A stretch of 64,000 bases of DNA from the human T2T-CHM13v2.0 reference genome, Homo sapiens (GCF_009914755.1 NC_060932.1), one strand, 5' to 3'. Shown: positions 47,401 to 61,202, counted from the first letter of the stretch. Notes: generated from the letters alone by a model not told the origin. Made by a program: numbers and translations.

Positions 47401-47658
47401 TTGTCATCCAAGAAGCTACATCAGCCACTTTCGTTATATTGCCTACAGGCTTCAACAAATTCATGGAATGGTTGACAAAGAAAGAGTGTCTTCTCAGTAT
47501 ATTTGGGGGGGTCCTGAAACCAATAAAAGGGAATCTTTCAGGAAAAGCCTCCTTTTCCTTGTTAGAAACTTTACAAGCTCTTACCTCTCATGGGTTCAAC
47601 AAAGAGCACGTCTTTGTGTTGCATTATTTAAGTTAGTCAGTGTTTGCTTATGGGCCCA

Positions 47659-48036
47659 TGTCTTAATCCATTCAGGATGCTATTAAAAAAAAATACCATA
47701 TTCTGGGTGGCTTGTAAACAACAGAAATTCATTTCTCACAGTTCTGGAGGTTGGGAAGTCCAAAACCAATGCACTGGCACTTTGATGTTGGGTGAGGGCT
47801 CACTTCTTGGCTCACAGGTAGAAGGTAGCCCTTATGCTATGTTCCCACATGGTAGAAGGGGAAAAAGAGTTATCTGGGGTCCCTTTTCTAATGGCACTCA
47901 TCCAATTTATAAGGGTTCCAGCCTCATGGCCTAGTCATCTTCCCAAAGCCCCAACTCTAAATACAAAAACCATGGGGGTGAGTATTTCAATATATGAATT
48001 TGAGGGAGGAAGAATACACAAACATTCACTACAACA
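47659..48036 (-). mobile_element. MaLR solo LTR, MLT1A-like
   Basis: TGTCTTAATCCATTCAGGATGCTAT...AACAACAGAAATTCATTTCTCACAGTTCTGGAGG...TTTCAATATATGAATTTGAGGG...ACAACA. Confidence 0.88.
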
Positions 48037-48134
48037 TGTTTATGTTAAATACCTATCTGAGTATATATACAGAGTTTTAGATGGCCAATTCCAGAATACA
48101 ATGGAGTCCTGTGATAGAAAAAGTCATAGATTAA

Positions 48135-48522
<388 letters not shown>

Positions 48523-50244
48523 TCAATATATGTTTCTAATCCTCTGCGCACTGTCAGTGGTTCCTTTGTTTTTGGCAAGAAATCCATTATCAAAGCCTTT
48601 GTATCTCAGTTCCTTCCCTTTTGTTTGCCAAATGCAGTAGTGCAGTTTTAGGGCCTGGGTTTATTTTTTCCTCATTTTATTTTATTTTTTCTAAATCTTC
48701 ATTTCAAAAAAAACTCTACTTCTCCATTATTTATTTTCTGATTTTTTTCTAATGCTATTTCCAGGCCTTCTGTTTCTAATAATTGCTAATAAGAGTTACT
48801 TAAAGTTGAAAGGTATTGCACTTCAATAATGTGTGATAGTAAATATGAGTATATTAAAATTTTCTATAAAGGAAGTTTTAACTAGTGAAGAATTTTCAAA
48901 ACTTTATATTGCATTTTGAATGCACATGCTAGAGAATGCAAATAATACTTAAGAAAAATCTTCAAAACACAGTTTATTATAATTATTTCCATAACAGGGA
49001 CCTTGATAGCTTTGGGTTAAGAAAGTGAGAAAAACTAAATTTTTATATTTCACATTTTGGATTTTGTACGTTGTGATTATTTTAGGTATTCAAATGACAA
49101 AAATTTTCAAATGTGTATTGACTCAGAATGTTAGGATGGCACTAGTGCACCGACAGTGATAAATTCCTACTTTAAACTTATTGACCAAGTTAGAAATGTA
49201 AAATATGCCCCCAAAATAAAAGCAGGATGGAGGCTAGTAAGAGTTTCTGAAGAAAGGAGAAAAATGAACTCTTTTATTATGTTTCTATGTAGTCTAGCCT
49301 GTTCTTCAAAATCAATTATCCCCTGAAAATCCTTCCATGATAAATTTTTCCTAAGCTTTTCATTTTAATAACTTCAGTAAAATAGAACATTTATATTGTC
49401 TTTCTTTATTTCTACCTAGATAGTAAACACTTTAGAGGCCACGATTGTGTGACATTGTTCCACCCACAGTCAACATTTAATCTGGGTTCTGGATCAGTCC
49501 ACGACAAGAAGCTCACACTTACCTGGGGATACAGATTCAGGATTTCAGGTCTAAGTGACAGTCTATACCATGGAGACCTGTACCTCTGTTTAAAATTTGT
49601 TATCTGACAGCTGTCCTTCAATTGAATTTCTGTGGGCTAAAAGCTAGGTCACATATTTCACAGAGTCAGCCTTTTGTGGGTTAATGATCGTAAATTTTAG
49701 AGAAGTTACTGACAAAGGGTGAATTCTGTTGAAATGCAGATTAAAAATAAAAAACATCACACACTACTTATTAACACAACATTTCTGTACATTTTTTGAG
49801 TATTATAATGTGTTAAATGATTAAGCTTACCTAAAACAATAATGCAATTAGAATAGATTTCATATAAATCAACAATTTTAGGTAAATATTTAGAATATTC
49901 TAAATAAGCACTGCTTATTGCAAGTGGTCTGATTTTCTCTTTAATTTCCCAAACACCATGTATGGGGTGGAGATGGGGATGGAGAAAACACGAAAGATGG
50001 AATAAAGAAATAGCAGTCAATAAATTCACTTTTACTATCTTCCCACCTTCAATAAGTGACATTTTATATTCAAGAAAACTTAAGTATTACTTCTTAAAGT
50101 TTAAAAACCCTAGTCTAAAATGTGAAAAAGAATAGGACTATAAGGGTCATTAATTGATGTCTCTGAAACTATTGTGCTTCAAAAGTTATTTTATACAATC
50201 ATTAATAATAACAGTACAGAAGAAAATGTGAGCCAAAGAGAATA

Positions 50245-50480
50245 CAGGCAATGTTGTGTAAGTGAAAAGTACATGGGACTAGGTTCCACTACCTATTAGT
50301 TTTATGCCTTAAACAAGTCATTTTCACATTCTGAACTTTAATGTCTTTATCCTTCAGTTGAGAATATTTAACACATCTGCCTTTTATGTCTCATGCCATT
50401 GATGGTGGGCTCAAAGGAGGTGGCATATTTAAAAATGCTAAACTTCCATAAAAGCTACTCAAATGTTAGTTGTTATTATC
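50245..50480 (+). mobile_element. MIR (MIRc-like)
   Basis: CCTTAAACAAGTCATTTTCACATTCTGAACTT...AAATGTTAGTTGTTATTAT. Confidence 0.7.
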
Positions 50481-51683
50481 AGTAGCGTGACTATCACATG
50501 CAAATTGGGTTTGATGAAGCAGTAATTTAATCTGAGTGAAATAAAAGGTTTTGGTGACAGAATAAAAGTAGTTTAAAAATCAGTACTTGGTAGTTAGAAT
50601 AAGCCAAAAATCAGACTGTGTTATGAAATACAGAGGCCTAGACAAGAAGTTTCAATATGACTATTTGGAACATATTACTTAGAATTTCTGAGTAGTATCT
50701 TATTAAAATTAACAGTTCTATGCTAATTATTCTATGATATTATTTAGATGATTTGTGCTCCTAAAGAAAATACATCTCAAGATGAGAAAAAAAAGTTGAT
50801 ACACAGAAATAATAAATTTACATATTTCTACTCCAAAATGTTCAATCATTAAGAAATTCCTTGTGCCACTGGAGAATTATTCTCTACAGTATAGTTTCTG
50901 GTGCTTTATTTCATCTAATTTAAGTAGAGGTGGAAATCCAATTGTTAGAATTTTTAAATTGAGCAAAATACTCAATGTTATTCTGCTGAATGTTAAATCC
51001 CATTCTTCAGGTGCCTGGAAAATGCTGATATATAGATGGGGCAAATACCCAACAGGCTGATGTCAGGTGAGTGATTAAAGCAGAGACCCATGTTGATTGC
51101 CACATTAGTAATAACACAGTACAAAGAGAAAGAACATATAAGATTTAGATATTCTCAGGACCACTGTGCATATTTCTTTCCAATTACCTCTATAACAGAT
51201 GTCTTTGTTACCTGAAAAAATAGATTGTGTCTATTTTAGAAAATATTTTAATCGTCAATTCATTATGGTATATTTCCAGAATTTACTTTTAATTTTTATA
51301 AATAAAAATTGAAGAAAATATGCAAAACTCAGCTTCTTTAAAATGAGAATTAACAGTTCATAAAAACAAAAAACTGATTTTAAAATTTGAATCCAGGAAG
51401 GAATGTTTATTTTTAGCTTTCAGGATAGTAAAACAATTTACTGGCCTTCAAAAGCAATAGGTTTAGAATTAACTGGGATATGGGATTTAAGATTGATAAC
51501 ATTACTTCTTATTTATTTCCCCCACTCCACTTTAATTCATATAAATACAAAAATAATTTTTTCTAAAGGAGTAAAGCTAGTAGCATTTAGGTTATAATAA
51601 AAATTTCTGAAATAAGTCAGATAGAATTCTGATATTTCACAAATAACATTTGAGTAAGAAAAAGCCATATTTTGTTACATTAG

Positions 51684-52051
51684 TGATATGGTTTGGCTCT
51701 GTGTCCCTACACAAATCTTATCTTGTAACTCTCATAATTTCCACATGTTGTGGGAGGGACCTGGTGGGAGATAACTAAATCATGGGGGCGGGTCTTTCCT
51801 GTGCTGTTCTTGTGATAATGAATAAGTCTCATGAGAACTGATGGTTCTATAAAGGGGAGTTTCCATGCACAGGCTCTCTCTCTTTGTCTGCAGCCATCCA
51901 TGTAAGATGTGACTTGCTGTTTCTTGCCTTCTGCCATGATTGTGAGGCCTCCCCAGCTACGTGGAACTTTAAGTCCATTAAAGCTCTTTCTTTTGTAAAT
52001 TGCTTGCTCTCTGGTATGTCTTTATCAGCAGTGTGGAAACAGACTAATACA
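51684..52051 (+). mobile_element. MaLR solo LTR, THE1B-like
   Basis: TGATATGGTTTGGCTCTGTGTCCC...GGGGGCGGGTCTTTCC...CCATCCATGTAAGATGTGACTTGC...GACTAATACA. Flanks ATTAG/ATAAG (4/5 match). Confidence 0.95.
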
Positions 52052-52739
52052 ATAAGTAAATCTTCTTGGATGAGAATTTGTGACAGAGAGAAGTGATTTG
52101 CCTTTTTACCTGAGGTTTTCTTTCTAGAGTTGGTAATAATAACATTCTGATCATATTATTAGTAATATCTTAAATTCATTTAATGGACATTAAAACATTT
52201 TTCTTTCTCTATAAATTTGACATATTCTATTTTCTGGAAATTTCATTTTATCTAAATTTTCAAATGCATTACCATAAGACCGCAATAATGGGCACAATCT
52301 GACATTGGAACTGTCCTGAGAAGTTTAGCTAGATCAAATGAATAACAATAACCTTGAATTTTAACGAACATTACAGAATGGAAAATGAGGCATCTGCCCC
52401 AATAAGGGAAACAATAACTAAATTCCCTTCAGAAACTAGCTACTCATGCTTTCACAACAGAGATGATCCACTATCTTGGCCTGCACTCCATTAAAAAATG
52501 TCTCTCATGAACGTTTATACTCCCCAAACCATTCTCTTGCTACTTACATTTAAATTTCTGTTTATAATACCTGAGTCTTGGAAATGGCTACATGAAGAAA
52601 TTAAGATAGAAAGTAGCCTGGGGTTGATAATACCAGTAGAAAAACTAGTAAGCGAAAAGAATATATGCCCTTTTGCAAAAACAAGTGGTTTTTAAAAAAT
52701 GAACAGAACTTTCAGCATAGTGACTGAAAATTAGAACAA

Positions 52740-53060
52740 TATATTAATTAACAAATAATTATTGAGCACTTCATGGTTTTTTTGGTTGGTAACTAAACTA
52801 AGCTAAAGAAAAGCATTAGACATAATTCCCACTTTTTAGTATTCTACAGCCAGGACAGAGAGATGTTGGAGAATGTTATGTAAGGAAGCATAATATAGAC
52901 ACATCTAAGCTAATGAAGGAGTATAGAAGTTAATTGGATTATTTGTGTGATCAATTAAAAGAGTATTCCAAGCAGAAGTAATAGAATTTTCAGTGCTCCC
53001 ATGCTAGAAGAGACCATGGCTCAAAGTATTAGAAAAATTCCAGTAGAAATGTAGTCAAGA
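52740..53060 (-). mobile_element. L2 3' fragment (further pieces at about 54270-54520 and 54945-55620)
   Basis: AACAAATAATTATTGAGCACTT...GAGTATTCCAAGCAGAAG. Confidence 0.55.
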
Positions 53061-53068
53061 TAGAAATT

Positions 53069-53707
53069 GTCAAAAACAACAGATGCTGATGAGGTTGCAG
53101 AGAAAAGGGGACACTTGTACATTGTTGGTAGGAATGTAAATTAATTCAGCCACTGTGGAAAGCAGTTTGGATATTTCTCAAAGAACTTAAAACAGAGCTG
53201 CCATTTGACCCAGCAATCCCATTACTGGGTATATATCCAAAGGAAAATAGATCATTATACCAAAAGGACACATACACTCATATGTCCAACACTGCGTGAT
53301 TCACAATGGCAAAGACATGGAATCAACCTATGTGTCCATCAGTAGTGGACTGAATAAAGAAAATGTGGCACATATACTCCATGAAATACTATATAGTCAT
53401 AAAAAAGAATAAAATCATATCCTTTGCAGCAACATGGATGGAGGTGGAGGCCATAATCTTAAGTAAATTAATGCAGGAACAGGAAACTGAATACTTTATG
53501 TTCTCACTTAAATATTGAACATACATGGACACAAAAAGTGGAACCAATACACGCTGCAGACTACCAGTAGGGGAGAGAGTAAGGGGGGCGTGGGTTGAAA
53601 AACTACCTGCTGGGTACTATGCTCACCATCTTGGTGCGATATACCCATGTAACAAATCTGCACATGTACCCCTTGTATCTAAAATAAGCATAGAAATTTA
53701 AAAAAAA
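53069..53707 (+). mobile_element. LINE-1, L1PA15/16-like 3' end
   Basis: CCATTTGACCCAGCAATCCCATTACTGGGTATATA...GGGTTGAAAAACTACCT...GGGTACTATGCTCAC...CTGCACATGTACCCC...AAAATAA, then an A-tail. Confidence 0.92.
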
Positions 53708-54527
53708 TCTCAAACTCAGGAAGATGTACAGTTATGTAAGACTTAAAATAAGTATTTATAATAATGAGACTTTTATTAGGAATACATTTTAGTCTCTATA
53801 AATTCTATAGTTTTGCCCAGAGGAAAATTTGTATTTCTTTTTGTCATTGGTAATTTTTAAAATTTTGTATTATTGTATTTTTACCTTCAAAATCCTCCTT
53901 TTGACAACCTTTTTATTTATGACATATAAAATGATTACCAGTGGCTAAAAAATACTAAGATATCTGAATTTGTAAGCAACAAAATTCTATATTCATCTCA
54001 GTCGATATACTGTAACCCTTATTTCCTATTGTATTGTTACAACTATTAAGCAAAATTATTAAAAAGCTCTTTGCAGCTTGTTTTGAAAGTCATTTTAATA
54101 TTTCTGCTGTTTAGAATAGTCCACAAATGAGATAGCTGTGGCGACTTGGAAAGAAAGCAAATGGAAACTAGCAGTGGTTTAAAGTTTTTTAGCAATTTGT
54201 ATATGTACAACAAATAGCTCTTCTAAGCACATAAATGAATTATACCATATGGAGAAAAGAGGAAATTTGAATAGTGGTATGAGATGATGCCGGAGAGGTG
54301 GACAGGAGCAAAAATGTGCAGCTTTTAGGCTATGTTAAGAATCTGAATTTTATGCTTTGAGTAAGTAGAAACCATAGCAGCAGTTGTAAATTGGGAGTGT
54401 TTAAAAATGATTAATCTGGTTGCTATTTGAAAAGTGGATTAGAGAAAGGTAATATCTGACTCATGGAGGGGGCAAGGGAAAGGAAAGAGTGGGGCAGAAT
54501 TTCCAGGTATTTGGCTTGTGTGTCTTG

Positions 54528-54940
54528 TGTTATAGTTTTAGCATTTGTCTCCTCCAAAACTCATGTTGAAATTCAATTTTCAAAGTGGCAGCGTTAAGAA
54601 GTGGGGTCTTTAAGAGGTGAGTGGGACATGAGGCCTCTGTCCTTATGAATGAATTAATTTATTCATGGATTAATAGGTTAATAGATTAATGTATTATTAT
54701 GGTAGTAGGACTGGTGGCTTTAGTAGAAGAGGAAAAGAGAGCTGAGCTGGCACACTCAGCCCCCTTGTCACCTGATGCCCTGAGCCACCTTGGGACTCTG
54801 CAGAGTCCTCCCTACCCCAGCAAGAAGGCTCTCACCAGATGTGGCCCCTCAACCTTGGACTTCTAGGCATCCATAACTATAAGAAATAAATTTCTTTCCT
54901 TTATAAATTACCCAGTATCAGGTATTCTGTTATAGCAATA
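54528..54940 (+). mobile_element. MaLR solo LTR, MSTB-like; last bases missing
   Basis: CCTCCAAAACTCATGTTGAAATT...GGGACTCTGCAGAGTCC...CAGCAAGAAGGCTCTCACCAGATGTGGCCCCTCAACCTTGGACTTC...AATTACCCAG. Confidence 0.9.
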
Positions 54941-55631
54941 ATTGAAATGTGGTACCATATTAACTGAGATAGAAAACACTAGATGATCAGAGGGATAACA
55001 GGAATAAAAAAAGATCTTCATTAAAAATGTTAAGCTTAAGGTATCTGTTGAAAAACGAAGTAGAAATCAATCATAATGCAGGTGTCCTAGTCTAATAGAC
55101 AGCAGATAAGGTAAATCATATCAAGTGGAGGAATGTAGGGTAGAAATATTAAAAAGTCTTAAGATAAAAAAAGTTCTGAGGAATTGTGTTATTTCTAGCT
55201 CAGTCAGCTACACGATAAAAATCACAGATTTGGTGTAAATCTGCCTAGAATAATCAGGAAGGATTTCTGGAATATAGTGATTCAGCTAGATTTTGAAGGA
55301 TAAACAAGTTTTTCTTATCTACAAGGAGGAAAATAAAATTCGAGGAAGCAAAATGTGTATTGGCACAAAGATGGAAGAAGTAAACAGAATGATCAGAAAA
55401 CACATAGTCATTTCAGCATATCTATAATTTCACATGTGTGATGGCTGAATATTAGATGTGGAGATGATATATAGGTAGCAACCATATGTAAAGTCTTTGT
55501 CTGTTAAGCAAATTAGATTTTTATCTCCCTGCAGATAATGGGGAGTTAGTGACATATTTCAAGCAGAGGAACAATGTAACTAATCTGCATTTTAGGAAAA
55601 CAGCTAGCTGCACAATGAAGGAAAAATTCAA

Positions 55632-55921
55632 GCTGTTTTTCTCTAACTATGTCCCAAGTAACACTAGCTCAGTAAGACAATAATAATTTTTATGTGCAAT
55701 AAAATAGTTGTATCATCAAGTAAATTTGGAAAATACTGAATTAAATAAAGGTGTCTTTACTGAAAGACTTCTCAGATACTGTAATATGCTAATGTACATT
55801 ATGAATTCTCAGAATGGAGATGTAAAATTTATAATTTTTCAAAGTTAGTAGACCATGGAACCATTTCCTCAAATAGCAGCCCAAGACTGTTGTTCTGCAA
55901 GACACATTTTGAGAAACTCTT
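55632..55921. mobile_element. hAT-Charlie MITE (MER103-like)
   Basis: TCTTTACTGAAAGACTTCTCAGA...AATATGCTAATGTACATTATGAAT...GACCATGGAACC; degenerate inverted ends. Confidence 0.65.
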
Positions 55922-56344
55922 GATTGAAATGCTCCAATTTAATAGTGTTTAGATGGTATTGTTTCTTTCTGTATAAACTTTACCATTGTGAAAAACGACA
56001 CTGAAAACACATGGGTATAGAGAAACGTGGCAGCGGGGTAGGTAGAATCATGGAGTTACAGTCAACTTTCAATTTCTCATTATTTTCAGCTGAGTATTAT
56101 TGAACACTGTAATGTCATCTGAGATAAATCAAAATGAAGATATGACCATGCATTGAGTTATTAAGGAATTACCATAGATATGCATATTTGTGTCTGTGTC
56201 TGTGTGAGGAAACCTGTTTGTCATCATAAAAGCTATTAGTAGACTTGGCTACACTTAACGATAGATTTCATAATTAAAGACCTCAGATGTGAGACACCTA
56301 AGAGAGTACCAACCCCCCAGTGTTACCCTTTTAGCATTAACCAC

Positions 56345-56369
56345 AAAGGGGGAGAGGGAGGGAGGGAGG

Positions 56370-56422
<53 letters not shown>
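56345..56422. repeat. Polypurine tract (GGGA)n-(AG)23
   Basis: 78 consecutive purines. Confidence 0.95.
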
Positions 56423-56423
<1 letters not shown>

Positions 56424-58289
56424 AGTTAAAAATAAGACAAGAAGACAAGACAAAGCAAACAAAGAGAAAGCATGTTCAACTAACAAGAGTGATCTCTCCT
56501 CTCTATTTCTTGGCAGATAATGAACGATTCATTTTTCTCCCAACAGAGCCCATTATTTTCATTCTCTGTCACTTTTCCTGAGTGAAAGTATTATGCCATT
56601 TGCCTCAGACATAAGAAATATCCCTTATCTAGCCTAAATGTTAAACACACATCAAACTATCTGAGTGTCATGATGGAGTCATCTGGCATTCTGCTTCTTC
56701 CTACGCTTTCATTGCACCTTTGCTTAGTTCAGACATCTTTGATTTCTGACTGTGAGAAAAAAAAATTGGAAGGTCTCCAGATGTCAACCTCCACCACTTC
56801 CTGAAATTACTAAGATAAGACACAGGACTCTAATTTCTCAGCTTTTTCTTTAGGGACATAGCCAGCTGAGATATTTGACACTTAATGGAAAATAACTACG
56901 GAGCTTTGCTATGAGATTCACTGAAGAGTTAAAGGTCCTATGGACATTATTGTTACAGTACTATTCATACCCAGATCTCTTTCATCATGGTGAGTCAGAA
57001 AAGGCCTTTTTATATTTCAATTCAGCACTTACCTAATTCAGTATACCAGTTGACTAATATTTAGGGGATAGTCATCTGTTCAATGCATAACAATCTGCTC
57101 AGTGCTTTAGGGGAATCCCTTTAAAATTATCAGCCAGTTACATGAATGTTCACAGAATGAGTACATCTGTAAGTGATTTCCTTCATAGAATCATTAAAGA
57201 AGTGAAACTTATTCTGATGATACTAGAATAGCTAAAAATATATTCAAACTATTCACTTGAAATTATAACCCAATATACAAGTCATGCAATACTCAATCTC
57301 ATGTTTGCATAGTTGTAGCTAATAGAGGTCATTACATACAAAGATCTATCATCCTACAGCAATTTAGAGTAGGACAAAATCATTTAGTTAGGGATTGGGC
57401 AAAGAATGACAGGAGTACCTCATCTATGCACAGCAGCCTACTCAGTGCTTTAAGAAATATCTTAAAATGATAAGGTAATATCTTAAAAGTATTTTTCTCA
57501 TTATAAAATTGTTAGCAGAATGTGTGCATTCATAAGTAATTTCCTTCACAAAATCACCCCAGGAAGCAATAAAATACTATGATTAGCTAAAATATTCTTG
57601 AAATCTCTGTTTCGAGTTTTCTTTAGACCCAATTTGCCAATAATACAAAAGACTTCTCATTTTTGTCTGGTTATAGTTAACGTAGCACACTAAAGGAAAA
57701 GATAACTCAAACTGTATGTAGTTCAGAGCAAAAAGAAAGCATTTCAATAGGCATTGGCCAAAATTTGACCTATGAAAGAGGTAAAATTTAAACTGGGACA
57801 TGAATACCAGTAGTGTTTGGAACTATGTAGAGAGAGGTAGGTATCACTCTATGCAGGGACAAATGTGTCAACAAAGGTATCAATGGAAGTCAGCACAAGC
57901 TCTGCTCATGAGAGAGTGAATAAATGTAAGCTGAAAAAAAATATGTAGGGGAAGTGTTATAAACACAATTAGGGTGATAGTTTGTACCACATTATGGAGA
58001 GCTCTAGGCATGCATGAGGTTTGACTAACAAAATGCCACTGATCATTCTAAACCACATACTAAAATCATTTTTAAAAATTTTACTCTAAACCTATCCATT
58101 AACAGTTTGGTGGCGTTTATTGTTTAGCAGTACTTCTTAAAGATTTCTCATTTCCCACATCTTAATTTATTAGATATTTAAAGATAAATGTATTTAATGA
58201 AGACTGTCACATTTGTAAAAGCAGCATAGTAGTGGTATGAATAACAGGTAACCCACTTTATTAAGACGTTTAGTGAAAAATGTAGCCTG

Positions 58290-58652
58290 TGATATGGTTT
58301 GGCTCTGTGTCCTCACCCAACTCTCACCATGAATTGTAATCCCATAATCCCCACGTGTTAAGGGTGAGACCAGGTGGAGGTAACTGAATCATGGGAGTGG
58401 CTTCCCCCATGGTGTTCTCGTGATAATGGGTGAGTCTGAAGAGATCTGATGGTTTTATAAGCATCTGGCATTTCCCCTGCTTGCACTCATTCTCTCTCCT
58501 GCTGCCCTGTGAAGAGGTGCCTTCCACCGTGATTGTAAGTTTCCTGAGGCCTCCTAAGCCATGCAGAACTGTGGGTCAATTAAACCTCTTTCCTTTGTAA
58601 ATTACCCAGTCTTGGGCAGTTCTTTATAGCAGCATGAGAATGGATTAATACA
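58290..58652 (+). mobile_element. MaLR solo LTR, THE1C/D-like, with 5-bp TSD
   Basis: TGATATGGTTTGGCTCTGTGTCC...CTGGCATTTCCCCTGC...ATTAATACA. TSD GCCTG at 58285-58289 and 58653-58657. Confidence 0.96.
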
Positions 58653-59789
58653 GCCTGTTTTCCCATGAGTGGTTCATGAAAGGAAATTGTGTTAAGTTAT
58701 GTAAGCTTGTAAAATAGAAACAAAAAAAAAAACTTTTTTTTTAACCAAACCTGGATACTTTAGAGCTTTCTTCTCTTCAGTATTTTACTCTTTAGTTCAC
58801 AAATTAATGAATCATTTTTATTACTCTCTTTGTTTTACATCAATCAATATTTGTTGCTCTTTTGACTCATAGCCTAAAGCCTCAATATCTCCCACATGCA
58901 CTGTTATGTTAGTCACCAAGGCAATGCTTAAGACAAGTTATAATGTTGACAGAGATTGCTTTTATATTTCAAATTCCTTTTGTGTGTAATTTTCTTCAAA
59001 TGCCTTTGGACATTCAGTGCCTTCCTCATTTCTGATTATTCAGTTATGTCCATGACCTCAAATGAGACCATTAAATAGTTGGAATAAGTATTATGAGAAT
59101 TTGGTCAGGATAGTATTATGGGAATCTCTAAAGGAAACAACAAGCCCAAACTACAAGTAATTATGAAAAGCTATGATATAGTAGAAGAAACCTGAGACTA
59201 ATCCAAAATTACACAGATATACGTCAGAGATATTGTGGGTTTAGTCCCAGGTCACTATAATAATTGCAATAATGTCAGTCAAACACATATTTTTGTTTCC
59301 TAGTGCACATAAAGTTATGTTTGCACTATATTGTAGTCTATTAAGTGGGCAATTGCATTATATCTTAAAAAATGCACATTTTTTCATTAAAAAATACTCT
59401 GTCGCTAAAACATGCTAACAACCATTTGAACCTTCAGGAGTCCTAAACTTGTTGCTGGTGGAGGGTCTTACCTCATTGTTGATGGTGATTGCTAGAGGTT
59501 GAAGTGGCTTTGGAAATTTCTTAAAATAAAATAACAATAAAATTTGCTGAATCAATGACTCTTTCACAAAAAATTTCTCTGTACCATGCAATGCTGCTTT
59601 TTAGCATTTCACCCACAGTAAAATTTCTTTCAAAATTTGATTCAGTTTTGTCAAAACCTGCCACTGCTTTATCAACTAATATTTTGGAATATTCAGAATA
59701 ATTTTTGGTTATTCAACAAAGTTCACAGCATCTTCATGTGGAGCAAATTCCATCTCATAAATCCACTTTTTTGCTCATTTGTGAGAATC

Positions 59790-61122
59790 AAGTCCTCATG
59801 TGTTAAAGTTTTATCATGAGATTGCAACAATCCAGTCACATTTTCAGGCTCCACTTCTAATTCTAGTTCTCTTGCTAAAAAGTTCACTACTTTCTTTACT
59901 GAAGCCTCAAATCATTCATGAAAGTTGAAATCAGCTTCTTCCAAATTACTGTCAGTGTAGATATTTTGGTCTCCTCATATAAATCACAAATTATCTGAAT
60001 GGCTTCTAAAATGGTGATTCATTTAAAAAAGGTTTTCAATTTGTTTTGCCCAGAGTCATTAGAGGAATTATTATCCATAGTCTTATAATGTGTATTTCTT
60101 AAATAGTAAGACTTGAAATTCAAAATTACTCCATGGCTCTTGGACTACAGAATGGATGTTGTGTTAGCATGCATGGAAGGAACATTAATCTATGGTACAT
60201 TTCCATCAGAGCTCTTGGTTTACCAGATGCATTGTCAATTAGCAATAATAGTTTGAAAGTAATCTTATTTTTTATTCTGAGCAGTAGGTCTCAACAGTGG
60301 GCTTAAAATATTCATAAACCATGCTGTAAACAGATGTGCTTTCCTTCAGGCTGTGTTCTATTTACAGAGCACAGGCAGAGTAGATTTAGCATAATTCCTA
60401 AGGGCCCTGAGATTTTTAAAATAGTAAATGAGCATTGGCTTCAACTTAAAGTCATCAATTGTCCTTTACTGAAAGCCATCCTGTGCATTGAAATTTCGAA
60501 GCCAGGCATTCATTTGTCCTCCTAGCTATGAAAGCCTTAGATGGCATCTTCTTTCTTTTACTGTTTCAGCTATATTTAAAATTTATTGTTTAACATAGCC
60601 ACCTTTATCAATGATCTTACTAGATCTTTCAAATAACTTGCTACAGTTTCTAGGTTAGCACTTACTGCTTCACCTTGCACTTTTATGTTTGAGAGATAGT
60701 TTATTTCTTTAAACCTCATGAACAAACCTCTTCTAGCTTCCAACTTTTCTGCAGCTTCCTCACCTCTTTCACCTACACAGAGCTGAAAAGGATGAGGGCC
60801 TTGCTCTGGATTAGGTTTTGGCTTAAGGGAATGCTGTTGTTTGTTTGGTCTTCTATCCAGACCACTAAAACTTTCTCAATATCAGCAAAAGCCTATTTTG
60901 CTTTGTTGTTTTTTGTGTGTTCACTGGAGTAGCGCTTTTAATTTCCTTCAATAACTCATTTTTTAGCATTCACAATTAGAATAATTGTTTGGCATAAGAG
61001 GCCTAGCTTTTGCCTATCTCTGCTTTTGGCATGTCTTCCTCGCTAAGCTTAATTATTTCCAGCTTTTGATTTAAAGCGAGAGACTTGCAACTCTTTGTTT
61101 TACTTGGAGGCTTAGAGGCCAT
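59790..61122 (-). pseudogene. Disrupted Tigger1 transposase (pogo/CENP-B-like); left boundary approximate
   Basis: Start ATGGCCTCTAAG (reverse complement of 61111-61122), then TTTAAATCAAAAGCTGGAAATAATTAAGCTTAGCGAGGAAGACATG. No long minus-strand ORF survives. Confidence 0.75.
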
Positions 61123-61150
61123 TGTAGTGTTGTTAATTGACCTAATTTCA

Positions 61151-61154
<4 letters not shown>

Positions 61155-61200
<46 letters not shown>
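61155..61200. repeat. (TG)23 microsatellite inside Tigger1
   Basis: Perfect run, read directly. Confidence 0.97.

Positions 61201-61202
<2 letters not shown>

Noticed and set aside
58720-58745. A-run followed by a T-run forming an apparent hairpin
   Set aside because: Low-complexity homopolymer coincidence.
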